A stretch of 64,000 bases of DNA from Yuukianura sp. NJ FZ-2021 (Eukaryota), in assembly GCA_046563655.1 (NCBI GenBank), contig CM102290.1, positions 3,410,001-3,474,000 on the forward strand, in the 5' to 3' direction. How positions within the stretch are numbered: position 1 is the stretch's first letter; every line of letters begins with the position of its first letter. Position numbers and translations under genes: made by a program. Below are positions 1 to 12,906 of this stretch, one piece after another. Under the pieces are notes generated by a model. That model ran no database searches. It was not told the DNA's origin and saw nothing but the letters and a program-made list of their open reading frames with translations.

Positions 1-3000
1 CTCGTGAAAAATTGACCTGTTCTCTAACTTTTTGACGTGACAAAATTTTTTGACAAAATTTCACTTTCACTTTTACTTTTTGAGGAATTGGAATTTTGAA
101 AAATTCAGCTGAAATTCAACTTTTGGATATATTTGCCTTGCCGAAAATTCACGCGTACTCTACCCTCTCGAAATGTTGGTCTCGTGAAAAATTGACCTGT
201 TCTCTAACTTTTTGACGTGACAAAATTTTTTGACAAAATTTCACTTTCACTTTTACTTTTTGAGGAATTGGAATTTTGAAAAATTCAGCTGAAATTCAAC
301 TTTTGGATATATTTGCCTTGCCGAAAATTCACGCGTACTCTACCCTCTCGAAATGTTGGTCTCGTGAAAAATTGACCTGTTCTCTAACTTTTTGACGTGA
401 CAAAATTTTTTGACAAAATTTCACTTTCACTTTTACTTTTTGAGGAATTGGAATTTTGAAAAATTCAGCTGAAATTCAACTTTTGGATATATTTGCCTTG
501 CCGAAAATTCACGCGTACTCTACCCTCTCGAAATGTTGGTCTCGTGAAAAATTGACCTGTTCTCTAACTTTTTGACGTGACAAAATTTTTTGACAAAATT
601 TCACTTTCACTTTTACTTTTTGAGGAATTGGAATTTTGAAAAATTCAGCTGAAATTCAACTTTTGGATATATTTGCCTTGCCGAAAATTCACGCGTACTC
701 TACCCTCTCGAAATGTTGGTCTCGTGAAAAATTGACCTGTTCTCTAACTTTTTGACGTGACAAAATTTTTTGACAAAATTTCACTTTCACTTTTACTTTT
801 TGAGGAATTGGAATTTTGAAAAATTCAGCTGAAATTCAACTTTTGGATATATTTGCCTTGCCGAAAATTCACGCGTACTCTACCCTCTCGAAATGTTGGT
901 CTCGTGAAAAATTGACCTGTTCTCTAACTTTTTGACGTGACAAAATTTTTTGACAAAATTTCACTTTCACTTTTACTTTTTGAGGAATTGGAATTTTGAA
1001 AAATTCAGCTGAAATTCAACTTTTGGATATATTTGCCTTGCCGAAAATTCACGCGTACTCTACCCTCTCGAAATGTTGGTCTCGTGAAAAATTGACCTGT
1101 TCTCTAACTTTTTGACGTGACAAAATTTTTTGACAAAATTTCACTTTCACTTTTACTTTTTGAGGAATTGGAATTTTGAAAAATTCAGCTGAAATTCAAC
1201 TTTTGGATATATTTGCCTTGCCGAAAATTCACGCGTACTCTACCCTCTCGAAATGTTGGTCTCGTGAAAAATTGACCTGTTCTCTAACTTTTTGACGTGA
1301 CAAAATTTTTTGACAAAATTTCACTTTCACTTTTACTTTTTGAGGAATTGGAATTTTGAAAAATTCAGCTGAAATTCAACTTTTGGATATATTTGCCTTG
1401 CCGAAAATTCACGCGTACTCTACCCTCTCGAAATGTTGGTCTCGTGAAAAATTGACCTGTTCTCTAACTTTTTGACGTGACAAAATTTTTTGACAAAATT
1501 TCACTTTCACTTTTACTTTTTGAGGAATTGGAATTTTGAAAAATTCAGCTGAAATTCAACTTTTGGATATATTTGCCTTGCCGAAAATTCACGCGTACTC
1601 TACCCTCTCGAAATGTTGGTCTCGTGAAAAATTGACCTGTTCTCTAACTTTTTGACGTGACAAAATTTTTTGACAAAATTTCACTTTCACTTTTACTTTT
1701 TGAGGAATTGGAATTTTGAAAAATTCAGCTGAAATTCAACTTTTGGATATATTTGCCTTGCCGAAAATTCACGCGTACTCTACCCTCTCGAAATGTTGGT
1801 CTCGTGAAAAATTGACCTGTTCTCTAACTTTTTGACGTGACAAAATTTTTTGACAAAATTTCACTTTCACTTTTACTTTTTGAGGAATTGGAATTTTGAA
1901 AAATTCAGCTGAAATTCAACTTTTGGATATATTTGCCTTGCCGAAAATTCACGCGTACTCTACCCTCTCGAAATGTTGGTCTCGTGAAAAATTGACCTGT
2001 TCTCTAACTTTTTGACGTGACAAAATTTTTTGACAAAATTTCACTTTCACTTTTACTTTTTGAGGAATTGGAATTTTGAAAAATTCAGCTGAAATTCAAC
2101 TTTTGGATATATTTGCCTTGCCGAAAATTCACGCGTACTCTACCCTCTCGAAATGTTGGTCTCGTGAAAAATTGACCTGTTCTCTAACTTTTTGACGTGA
2201 CAAAATTTTTTGACAAAATTTCACTTTCACTTTTACTTTTTGAGGAATTGGAATTTTGAAAAATTCAGCTGAAATTCAACTTTTGGATATATTTGCCTTG
2301 CCGAAAATTCACGCGTACTCTACCCTCTCGAAATGTTGGTCTCGTGAAAAATTGACCTGTTCTCTAACTTTTTGACGTGACAAAATTTTTTGACAAAATT
2401 TCACTTTCACTTTTACTTTTTGAGGAATTGGAATTTTGAAAAATTCAGCTGAAATTCAACTTTTGGATATATTTGCCTTGCCGAAAATTCACGCGTACTC
2501 TACCCTCTCGAAATGTTGGTCTCGTGAAAAATTGACCTGTTCTCTAACTTTTTGACGTGACAAAATTTTTTGACAAAATTTCACTTTCACTTTTACTTTT
2601 TGAGGAATTGGAATTTTGAAAAATTCAGCTGAAATTCAACTTTTGGATATATTTGCCTTGCCGAAAATTCACGCGTACTCTACCCTCTCGAAATGTTGGT
2701 CTCGTGAAAAATTGACCTGTTCTCTAACTTTTTGACGTGACAAAATTTTTTGACAAAATTTCACTTTCACTTTTACTTTTTGAGGAATTGGAATTTTGAA
2801 AAATTCAGCTGAAATTCAACTTTTGGATATATTTGCCTTGCCGAAAATTCACGCGTACTCTACCCTCTCGAAATGTTGGTCTCGTGAAAAATTGACCTGT
2901 TCTCTAACTTTTTGACGTGACAAAATTTTTTGACAAAATTTCACTTTCACTTTTACTTTTTGAGGAATTGGAATTTTGAAAAATTCAGCTGAAATTCAAC

Positions 3001-6000
3001 TTTTGGATATATTTGCCTTGCCGAAAATTCACGCGTACTCTACCCTCTCGAAATGTTGGTCTCGTGAAAAATTGACCTGTTCTCTAACTTTTTGACGTGA
3101 CAAAATTTTTTGACAAAATTTCACTTTCACTTTTACTTTTTGAGGAATTGGAATTTTGAAAAATTCAGCTGAAATTCAACTTTTGGATATATTTGCCTTG
3201 CCGAAAATTCACGCGTACTCTACCCTCTCGAAATGTTGGTCTCGTGAAAAATTGACCTGTTCTCTAACTTTTTGACGTGACAAAATTTTTTGACAAAATT
3301 TCACTTTCACTTTTACTTTTTGAGGAATTGGAATTTTGAAAAATTCAGCTGAAATTCAACTTTTGGATATATTTGCCTTGCCGAAAATTCACGCGTACTC
3401 TACCCTCTCGAAATGTTGGTCTCGTGAAAAATTGACCTGTTCTCTAACTTTTTGACGTGACAAAATTTTTTGACAAAATTTCACTTTCACTTTTACTTTT
3501 TGAGGAATTGGAATTTTGAAAAATTCAGCTGAAATTCAACTTTTGGATATATTTGCCTTGCCGAAAATTCACGCGTACTCTACCCTCTCGAAATGTTGGT
3601 CTCGTGAAAAATTGACCTGTTCTCTAACTTTTTGACGTGACAAAATTTTTTGACAAAATTTCACTTTCACTTTTACTTTTTGAGGAATTGGAATTTTGAA
3701 AAATTCAGCTGAAATTCAACTTTTGGATATATTTGCCTTGCCGAAAATTCACGCGTACTCTACCCTCTCGAAATGTTGGTCTCGTGAAAAATTGACCTGT
3801 TCTCTAACTTTTTGACGTGACAAAATTTTTTGACAAAATTTCACTTTCACTTTTACTTTTTGAGGAATTGGAATTTTGAAAAATTCAGCTGAAATTCAAC
3901 TTTTGGATATATTTGCCTTGCCGAAAATTCACGCGTACTCTACCCTCTCGAAATGTTGGTCTCGTGAAAAATTGACCTGTTCTCTAACTTTTTGACGTGA
4001 CAAAATTTTTTGACAAAATTTCACTTTCACTTTTACTTTTTGAGGAATTGGAATTTTGAAAAATTCAGCTGAAATTCAACTTTTGGATATATTTGCCTTG
4101 CCGAAAATTCACGCGTACTCTACCCTCTCGAAATGTTGGTCTCGTGAAAAATTGACCTGTTCTCTAACTTTTTGACGTGACAAAATTTTTTGACAAAATT
4201 TCACTTTCACTTTTACTTTTTGAGGAATTGGAATTTTGAAAAATTCAGCTGAAATTCAACTTTTGGATATATTTGCCTTGCCGAAAATTCACGCGTACTC
4301 TACCCTCTCGAAATGTTGGTCTCGTGAAAAATTGACCTGTTCTCTAACTTTTTGACGTGACAAAATTTTTTGACAAAATTTCACTTTCACTTTTACTTTT
4401 TGAGGAATTGGAATTTTGAAAAATTCAGCTGAAATTCAACTTTTGGATATATTTGCCTTGCCGAAAATTCACGCGTACTCTACCCTCTCGAAATGTTGGT
4501 CTCGTGAAAAATTGACCTGTTCTCTAACTTTTTGACGTGACAAAATTTTTTGACAAAATTTCACTTTCACTTTTACTTTTTGAGGAATTGGAATTTTGAA
4601 AAATTCAGCTGAAATTCAACTTTTGGATATATTTGCCTTGCCGAAAATTCACGCGTACTCTACCCTCTCGAAATGTTGGTCTCGTGAAAAATTGACCTGT
4701 TCTCTAACTTTTTGACGTGACAAAATTTTTTGACAAAATTTCACTTTCACTTTTACTTTTTGAGGAATTGGAATTTTGAAAAATTCAGCTGAAATTCAAC
4801 TTTTGGATATATTTGCCTTGCCGAAAATTCACGCGTACTCTACCCTCTCGAAATGTTGGTCTCGTGAAAAATTGACCTGTTCTCTAACTTTTTGACGTGA
4901 CAAAATTTTTTGACAAAATTTCACTTTCACTTTTACTTTTTGAGGAATTGGAATTTTGAAAAATTCAGCTGAAATTCAACTTTTGGATATATTTGCCTTG
5001 CCGAAAATTCACGCGTACTCTACCCTCTCGAAATGTTGGTCTCGTGAAAAATTGACCTGTTCTCTAACTTTTTGACGTGACAAAATTTTTTGACAAAATT
5101 TCACTTTCACTTTTACTTTTTGAGGAATTGGAATTTTGAAAAATTCAGCTGAAATTCAACTTTTGGATATATTTGCCTTGCCGAAAATTCACGCGTACTC
5201 TACCCTCTCGAAATGTTGGTCTCGTGAAAAATTGACCTGTTCTCTAACTTTTTGACGTGACAAAATTTTTTGACAAAATTTCACTTTCACTTTTACTTTT
5301 TGAGGAATTGGAATTTTGAAAAATTCAGCTGAAATTCAACTTTTGGATATATTTGCCTTGCCGAAAATTCACGCGTACTCTACCCTCTCGAAATGTTGGT
5401 CTCGTGAAAAATTGACCTGTTCTCTAACTTTTTGACGTGACAAAATTTTTTGACAAAATTTCACTTTCACTTTTACTTTTTGAGGAATTGGAATTTTGAA
5501 AAATTCAGCTGAAATTCAACTTTTGGATATATTTGCCTTGCCGAAAATTCACGCGTACTCTACCCTCTCGAAATGTTGGTCTCGTGAAAAATTGACCTGT
5601 TCTCTAACTTTTTGACGTGACAAAATTTTTTGACAAAATTTCACTTTCACTTTTACTTTTTGAGGAATTGGAATTTTGAAAAATTCAGCTGAAATTCAAC
5701 TTTTGGATATATTTGCCTTGCCGAAAATTCACGCGTACTCTACCCTCTCGAAATGTTGGTCTCGTGAAAAATTGACCTGTTCTCTAACTTTTTGACGTGA
5801 CAAAATTTTTTGACAAAATTTCACTTTCACTTTTACTTTTTGAGGAATTGGAATTTTGAAAAATTCAGCTGAAATTCAACTTTTGGATATATTTGCCTTG
5901 CCGAAAATTCACGCGTACTCTACCCTCTCGAAATGTTGGTCTCGTGAAAAATTGACCTGTTCTCTAACTTTTTGACGTGACAAAATTTTTTGACAAAATT

Positions 6001-8286
6001 TCACTTTCACTTTTACTTTTTGAGGAATTGGAATTTTGAAAAATTCAGCTGAAATTCAACTTTTGGATATATTTGCCTTGCCGAAAATTCACGCGTACTC
6101 TACCCTCTCGAAATGTTGGTCTCGTGAAAAATTGACCTGTTCTCTAACTTTTTGACGTGACAAAATTTTTTGACAAAATTTCACTTTCACTTTTACTTTT
6201 TGAGGAATTGGAATTTTGAAAAATTCAGCTGAAATTCAACTTTTGGATATATTTGCCTTGCCGAAAATTCACGCGTACTCTACCCTCTCGAAATGTTGGT
6301 CTCGTGAAAAATTGACCTGTTCTCTAACTTTTTGACGTGACAAAATTTTTTGACAAAATTTCACTTTCACTTTTACTTTTTGAGGAATTGGAATTTTGAA
6401 AAATTCAGCTGAAATTCAACTTTTGGATATATTTGCCTTGCCGAAAATTCACGCGTACTCTACCCTCTCGAAATGTTGGTCTCGTGAAAAATTGACCTGT
6501 TCTCTAACTTTTTGACGTGACAAAATTTTTTGACAAAATTTCACTTTCACTTTTACTTTTTGAGGAATTGGAATTTTGAAAAATTCAGCTGAAATTCAAC
6601 TTTTGGATATATTTGCCTTGCCGAAAATTCACGCGTACTCTACCCTCTCGAAATGTTGGTCTCGTGAAAAATTGACCTGTTCTCTAACTTTTTGACGTGA
6701 CAAAATTTTTTGACAAAATTTCACTTTCACTTTTACTTTTTGAGGAATTGGAATTTTGAAAAATTCAGCTGAAATTCAACTTTTGGATATATTTGCCTTG
6801 CCGAAAATTCACGCGTACTCTACCCTCTCGAAATGTTGGTCTCGTGAAAAATTGACCTGTTCTCTAACTTTTTGACGTGACAAAATTTTTTGACAAAATT
6901 TCACTTTCACTTTTACTTTTTGAGGAATTGGAATTTTGAAAAATTCAGCTGAAATTCAACTTTTGGATATATTTGCCTTGCCGAAAATTCACGCGTACTC
7001 TACCCTCTCGAAATGTTGGTCTCGTGAAAAATTGACCTGTTCTCTAACTTTTTGACGTGACAAAATTTTTTGACAAAATTTCACTTTCACTTTTACTTTT
7101 TGAGGAATTGGAATTTTGAAAAATTCAGCTGAAATTCAACTTTTGGATATATTTGCCTTGCCGAAAATTCACGCGTACTCTACCCTCTCGAAATGTTGGT
7201 CTCGTGAAAAATTGACCTGTTCTCTAACTTTTTGACGTGACAAAATTTTTTGACAAAATTTCACTTTCACTTTTACTTTTTGAGGAATTGGAATTTTGAA
7301 AAATTCAGCTGAAATTCAACTTTTGGATATATTTGCCTTGCCGAAAATTCACGCGTACTCTACCCTCTCGAAATGTTGGTCTCGTGAAAAATTGACCTGT
7401 TCTCTAACTTTTTGACGTGACAAAATTTTTTGACAAAATTTCACTTTCACTTTTACTTTTTGAGGAATTGGAATTTTGAAAAATTCAGCTGAAATTCAAC
7501 TTTTGGATATATTTGCCTTGCCGAAAATTCACGCGTACTCTACCCTCTCGAAATGTTGGTCTCGTGAAAAATTGACCTGTTCTCTAACTTTTTGACGTGA
7601 CAAAATTTTTTGACAAAATTTCACTTTCACTTTTACTTTTTGAGGAATTGGAATTTTGAAAAATTCAGCTGAAATTCAACTTTTGGATATAATTTGACAA
7701 AATTTCACTTTCACTTTTACTTTTTGAGGAATTGGAATTTTGAAAAATTCAGCTGAAATTCAACTTTTGGATATATTTGCCTTGCCGAAAATTCACGCGT
7801 ACTCTACCCTCTCGAAATGTTGGTCTCGTGAAAAATTGACCTGTTCTCTAACTTTTTGACGTGACAAAATTTTTTGACAAAATTTCACTTTCACTTTTAC
7901 TTTTTGAGGAATTGGAATTTTGAAAAATTCAGCTGAAATTCAACTTTTGGATATATTTGCCTTGCCGAAAATTCACGCGTACTCTACCCTCTCGAAATGT
8001 TGGTCTCGTGAAAAATTGACCTGTTCTCTAACTTTTTGACGTGACAAAATTTTTTGACAAAATTTCACTTTCACTTTTACTTTTTGAGGAATTGGAATTT
8101 TGAAAAATTCAGCTGAAATTCAACTTTTGGATATATTTGCCTTGCATGAAAATTCACTCGTACTCTACCGTCTCGAAATGTTGGTCTCGTGAAAAATTGA
8201 CAATTGACCTGTTCTCTAACTTTTTGACGTGACAGAATTTTGAAAAATTCAGTTGTACACTTACTTTTTGAGGAATTGGAATTTTA
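1..8286. repeat. 180-bp tandem satellite, about 46 monomers, open at the left window edge
   Basis: Unit ctcgtgaaaa...aaatgttggt repeats apparently identically 42 times (1-7560). There is a 96-bp deletion junction at ~7692, a register shift to 7825, and decayed copies at ~8145-8286. Confidence 0.99.
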
Positions 8287-8509
8287 TAAATAAAGATTTA
8301 AAAGTTAAAACACCAACTGGCGTAATTCCGATCTAAAATGCAACATAATGAAACAATCATTTGCTACCGCAAAGTTGAGGAATGACAGAAAAGCTATCAT
8401 GTCTGTCACTGTCCCTCGAGTGGAGTCATCTATGACTCCAACTTAAGTCCATTTTAGTCATAATAAGTCATGTCATACCCAAACTGTCAGGTAATCGGCG
8501 GCAACTTTC

Positions 8510-8798
8510 AAAAATCATTCACTTTTCAATCTTTGAAGAAGCCCCCGACCTTCTTCAAAAAAAATTGAAAAGTGCAAAACTTTGCACACCTTTCGTTGCC
8601 AAAGAAAACGCGGTGAAACACTCTTCACGCTTTTTAGTGAAAAAGCCCTCAATTTTCACTTTGCAAAAGCGATCCCCAATTTGCAATTTTCACTTTGCAA
8701 CGTTGTTATGGTAAAACACTCCTCTCCTCAATTTAATCGAAAAATTGAAAATTGAGGAGAAAAAAGTGCAAAATGAAAAGTGGTGAAATACACCCCTG
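8510..8798. mobile_element. Hairpin-rich truncated MITE-like remnant
   Basis: Long stem-loops cacttttcaat-ctttgaagaag...cttcttcaaa-aattgaaaagtg (8520-8574) and tctcctcaattt...aaattgaggaga. It ends in tggtgaaatacacccctg, which looks like a TIR, but no partner was found. Confidence 0.4.
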
Positions 8799-8809
8799 GT
8801 CGTTTTCTT

Positions 8810-8936
8810 GCTAAATATTTATTGATTTTTCCCATGGCTCTAATGTTAAATTCGTAAATATTTCAAGCTTTTTCGGTAAATATTGTATTTATTTAAATAT
8901 TTCACTGATTTTCAGTAAATATTTTTGGCAGGTCTG
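8810..8936 (-). mobile_element. Orphan end of a hAT-like non-autonomous element
   Basis: The minus strand begins CAGACCTGCCAA (hAT-type terminus) followed by several aaatatt subterminal repeats. No second end is seen. Confidence 0.4.
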
Positions 8937-9342
8937 ACTATTAGTGGGGTGCGATATTTGATGAAATGAAGATTTAAGGGAATTTCTCACTCTTTTGAGA
9001 GAAGGTGCACCTTTAACGGAATTCCGTCAAACGTTTTTCGTTTTTTCCAATTTTGAACTCTAAGCCTTATTTTTTTGACTTAGAACGCTACGATTCTAAA
9101 ATCGTTGGATTCATTTTCATCTCAAAGAAAACTGCATTTGGTACGCGGGAGTTTTTGAAATGAACTTACTTTGTATTCATCACCTATGTCTCCAAGCACT
9201 TTAAGAGGGGGAAAGTAGTTGAAAGAATCTGACATATCCTTCAATTGGTCACAACCCTTGTTTAGTAGACTAAGTTTTTAAGGCTTTAGTTAATTGACGA
9301 AGAACGGGTTCACTAATTCTTTTTCTGTTTCTTTTTTTGTAG

Positions 9343-9410
9343 GTGGTTTTGGAGGGCCCTTGGGAGTCAGAGTAGTCTAGTGTACGGGAGCCTCTGCTTG
9401 TCGACCAGAA
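9343..9410 (+). other. Putative 5' UTR exon (68 bp), probably of TMTC3
   Basis: CTAAT branch at 9313, a long pyrimidine tract, TAG acceptor ending 9342, and GTAAGT donor at 9411. It has a stop in the frame of the next exon. Confidence 0.65.
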
Positions 9411-9583
9411 GTAAGTTCATAAATAAGTGGGTTGGTGGTCGTAAAGCGGAAGTTTACAACCTCTGCCCAAATCGTTTTCCTTGCCTGAACCTGCCTCCCT
9501 ATTCACTTAAGTGATTTGTGTCTGACTGAACTTGATTGACTTTCCAAGGAGGTTTCTAAGACTCTAATGATTTTATTGCACAG

Positions 9584-9799
9584 CTCTTTAATGGCCTAGA
9601 AAATGTCTTGGACTGGACCTGGAACAAAGTGGAGAGCCACTTTCCGTTGCACTTTTCCTCCAGAACCACTTCGTTTTACTTTCACTCCAAGGCAGTACTG
9701 CTCCAGCATCAAACTCAGCTCAAAATTATGAACCTTTCATCCAGACGAGGTTCGTCCACTGGGACTTCCGTTTTAGCTCTCCTAGGAAGAGCTGTTCAG
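9584..9799 (+). other. Putative exon (216 bp), 5' UTR or partly coding from ATG 9728, probably of TMTC3
   Basis: CTAAT...ttttattgcacag acceptor (ends 9583) and CAG|GTACGT donor at 9800. The frame is open throughout and its phase-0 end is compatible with the acceptor at 53531. Confidence 0.6.
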
Positions 9800-11229
9800 G
9801 TACGTGCTTCCTTGATTTTTATTAAATAGAGTGGCGCAAGTCTCAAAGTTTTCAGATTTTAGATACTTTGAGATAAAAATAGTACATAATTTTAAGAAAA
9901 TCGGAGACACTGAAGTGTACTGCTCCACTGGATTGAGAAATAGGGTTAATGTTTGGGGTGCAAAAAATGTTTAACTGGTGGAAACTGAGAATGGTAAAAT
10001 TTTGGTGGTAAAAATGTATTGGACGTAAAGAGGGATAGGTTAGGACCGACTTGATACTGGAAATGGTTGTGGACGGAGGACGGAAGTGTAAGCAGTTATA
10101 GGATCCGTGACGTGTAAACCGTTTCCGTCCATTACTTTTTCCTTGTTTCATGTATCGATTTGCACTTTGGGTTTGTTTGATTTGTTATTTTTTTTTCTGG
10201 AAAAGAGAAAAAATCGGTGATTACATTCGTTGGTATTAATCAGAGGAACATGCTAACCCCTGTTTTGTCCACAACTCTTTATTTTATGCGAATACGTACA
10301 GGGTGAGACTTGGTGGGAATATTCAAAATGGACCCCTTATCTATCCCATAGGAGCTCTCATCTCTAGGAATTAGTTTTCTAAGAATTCTTCTCATCTTAT
10401 GACGCACATGGGACCTACCAGCCCTTTCTCCGCTTTTTCAGTTTTTTTTTATCAAAAATCTGGAGGGAAAAACGTTGAGTAGGAATTGGAAATTTTCTTC
10501 TTTTTTTTTCCTATTATTAAATTTCCCTTTGTTTTAATTTCTACTTTTTTAAGGTTGGGGAATTGAGTTCAAAATGTTGCATTTGGGAAGCATAATTTCC
10601 ACTTTTTGGGGGAGAAAGCATGGGAAAGTGCTCAGTGAGTAAAGGTTTCCATGTAGCGTGAAAATAATGGGCAAAGTTAAAGAGGAAGATGCAGGAGTTT
10701 GGAGAAAGTCGAGCGTCATCTTTCCTTTTTTTTCATTTTCATGCATGAGCACTTATCCAGTTGCCTAGCCCAATTCTGTCATCCCATTTGACATTTTCAC
10801 TAAACAACAATACGAAGCGAACGCATGATCTCTGTTCTCTGGCAAGAAATTCAAGAGAAAGGCAGTAAAATATTTATGGACTTTCGGGTATAGCATAGGA
10901 CCTGGAGAAAGTCAAATTTAATGAGAGTGGACAACTGTCAGTTCCAGGAAATAATTTCAGTTGACTTCATGTCACGCACACACTACTTTGGATGTAAATC
11001 CATGACAAGTAAAGCATACACATGTGTAAAGTGATATTTACACATTTTTATACATTATTTTTTTTATATCCTGCTGTCCATTTTTATGTTCAAGCGTTCT
11101 CAGGACGTTGGCAAGTATAAATTACCGTGAAACTTCGAATAAGCCTCTATCTCGATTAGACGCCAACGCTAAATGTAGAGGTTTTGAATAGGAAACTCCA
11201 TACCAAGTGCATGGGTATCGACTAACCTA

Positions 11230-12062
11230 ACAGACTATGTTTTGTCAAATGTGTAAATCGTTAAATCCCCGACCATTTTTTAAAAACCTGAAATTTCAAG
11301 CAACGATGGTAATGGGAAAAAAATTTTTTTCGTAAAAAAAATTAAGGGTGACCCCCACCCACTTGCAGCTACAAGATGTCAAAGTCATCATTTTGGAAAT
11401 CTAAAATAATTATTTTACCGATTAACCTCGTCTTGGCGTCAAGAAAACCGGAATGAAGATTCGTAGGTGCCTTTTTTTTGGAAATCTGGTTGAAGACTCA
11501 TGGACGCTTAAAATTCTAAATTGAAATTTTGTCGTATATTTTCATGATTATGATTTCAGAAATACGAAAAGAACACTTAAAACACTCACCTTAAAACGTC
11601 GAAGGGACATATTGAAGAAGCCCTTCAATATGTCAATACTTTTAGTGTACCTACGACGTTTTAATGTTAGTGTTTTTGATAAGCGTTCTTTTCGTATTTC
11701 TGAAATTTGAAGCATGAAAATATACGACAAAATTTAAATGTGGAATTTTAAGGACCCTTAAGCGGATTTTGAAAAGGAAAAGGAAAAAATATCTCCTCAT
11801 GGATCGTAATTCCGTTTTTTTTTACGCCAGGATGAGGTTAATCGGTTAAGAGCTTCTCAAAATAATTATTTTAGATTTTCTAAATGGAGGCTTTCACCTC
11901 CTGTAGCGACAAGTGAAGGAGGAGAATTGCTCAAATATTTTTACGATTTTTTTTTCAATTCCATTACTGTCGTTTGTTAAAGTTTCAGACTTAAAAAAAT
12001 GGCCACATGTGAACTTTGGCGTAAAATTCACACATTTAACGAAATTCTACAAATACATCTGT
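11230..12062. mobile_element. Foldback/MITE-like element, ~830-bp imperfect palindrome
   Basis: Arms pair along the whole length, e.g. aaattttgtcgtatattttcatg (~11524) with catgaaaatatacgacaaaattt (~11713). Central hairpin gacatattgaag-aagcc-cttcaatatgtc. Confidence 0.85.
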
Positions 12063-12873
12063 ATACCTTAAAACGTCCGCTAATCGCCCGGACATTTAGA
12101 TGTTTTACGCTAAACAGAAAAGCGTGTAATATTTTGAAAATGGATGACAATTTTCGGTTCGGGAATTAAATTTCTGGAATTCGAAACCTTGCGATTTGTG
12201 ACTTTGAGTTTTCGGTTTTTGCTTTCCGGGCACGGGTTTTGTTGACAATCAAAAAAAAAGTTAGACGAAAAGACTAACTGGAAGATGATCTTTGTTTTCT
12301 TTCGTCGTAGGATTTCTATTTTTTAGGAAAGTTGGGTGTTAGTGTCTAGAGATGTTTCTGTAGTAGAGTTCGTAAAGAAGCAAAAGACAAGAAGTTTTGT
12401 TTGCATTTTTTTTTTTTCGAAAATAACCACATTATGTTCAAAGTGGAGAAGGATTCATATAACTTAATATTTTCTGCCTCTTTCTACCCCGCGTATCATT
12501 TTCTTATACAAAGGAAGAAAACCAAAAAAAAAAAAAAAAGATTGGAGAAAGCTTGTTCTCCAAAGAGTGGATTTTTTTCTCTCGGTTTTTTTCCAAGTGG
12601 ATCGGCTCTGAATTGCTTTGCAAACAAAGCCACCACCACCAAAGTCTACTGTTACTACTGTTCGTCCTATCTTCCTTCCATTTCCTTTGTACAAGTTCTT
12701 GGTCCTCTACACTGAACAAGAACATGTTAACACACTTTTTCTGTGATTTCCTATAAAACTCCACTTAAGTCCTTACAGAGCATACACTTATCCAATTCTG
12801 TCTGAGGAGCATTACTTTGCTAGATCATCCCGGTTTCCCAGTATGTTTTTTAGGCAATATGAAGGGGAAACAG

Positions 12874-12906
12874 GAATAAATAATTATTAAATAATAATAA
12901 TAATAA
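12874..12906. repeat. Imperfect (TAA)n microsatellite
   Basis: aataaataattattaaataataataataataa. Confidence 0.7.

Noticed and set aside
1..8286. CRISPR array or coding repeat
   Set aside because: No unique spacers, the context is eukaryotic, and the ORF track lists no ORF here despite the 180-bp period.
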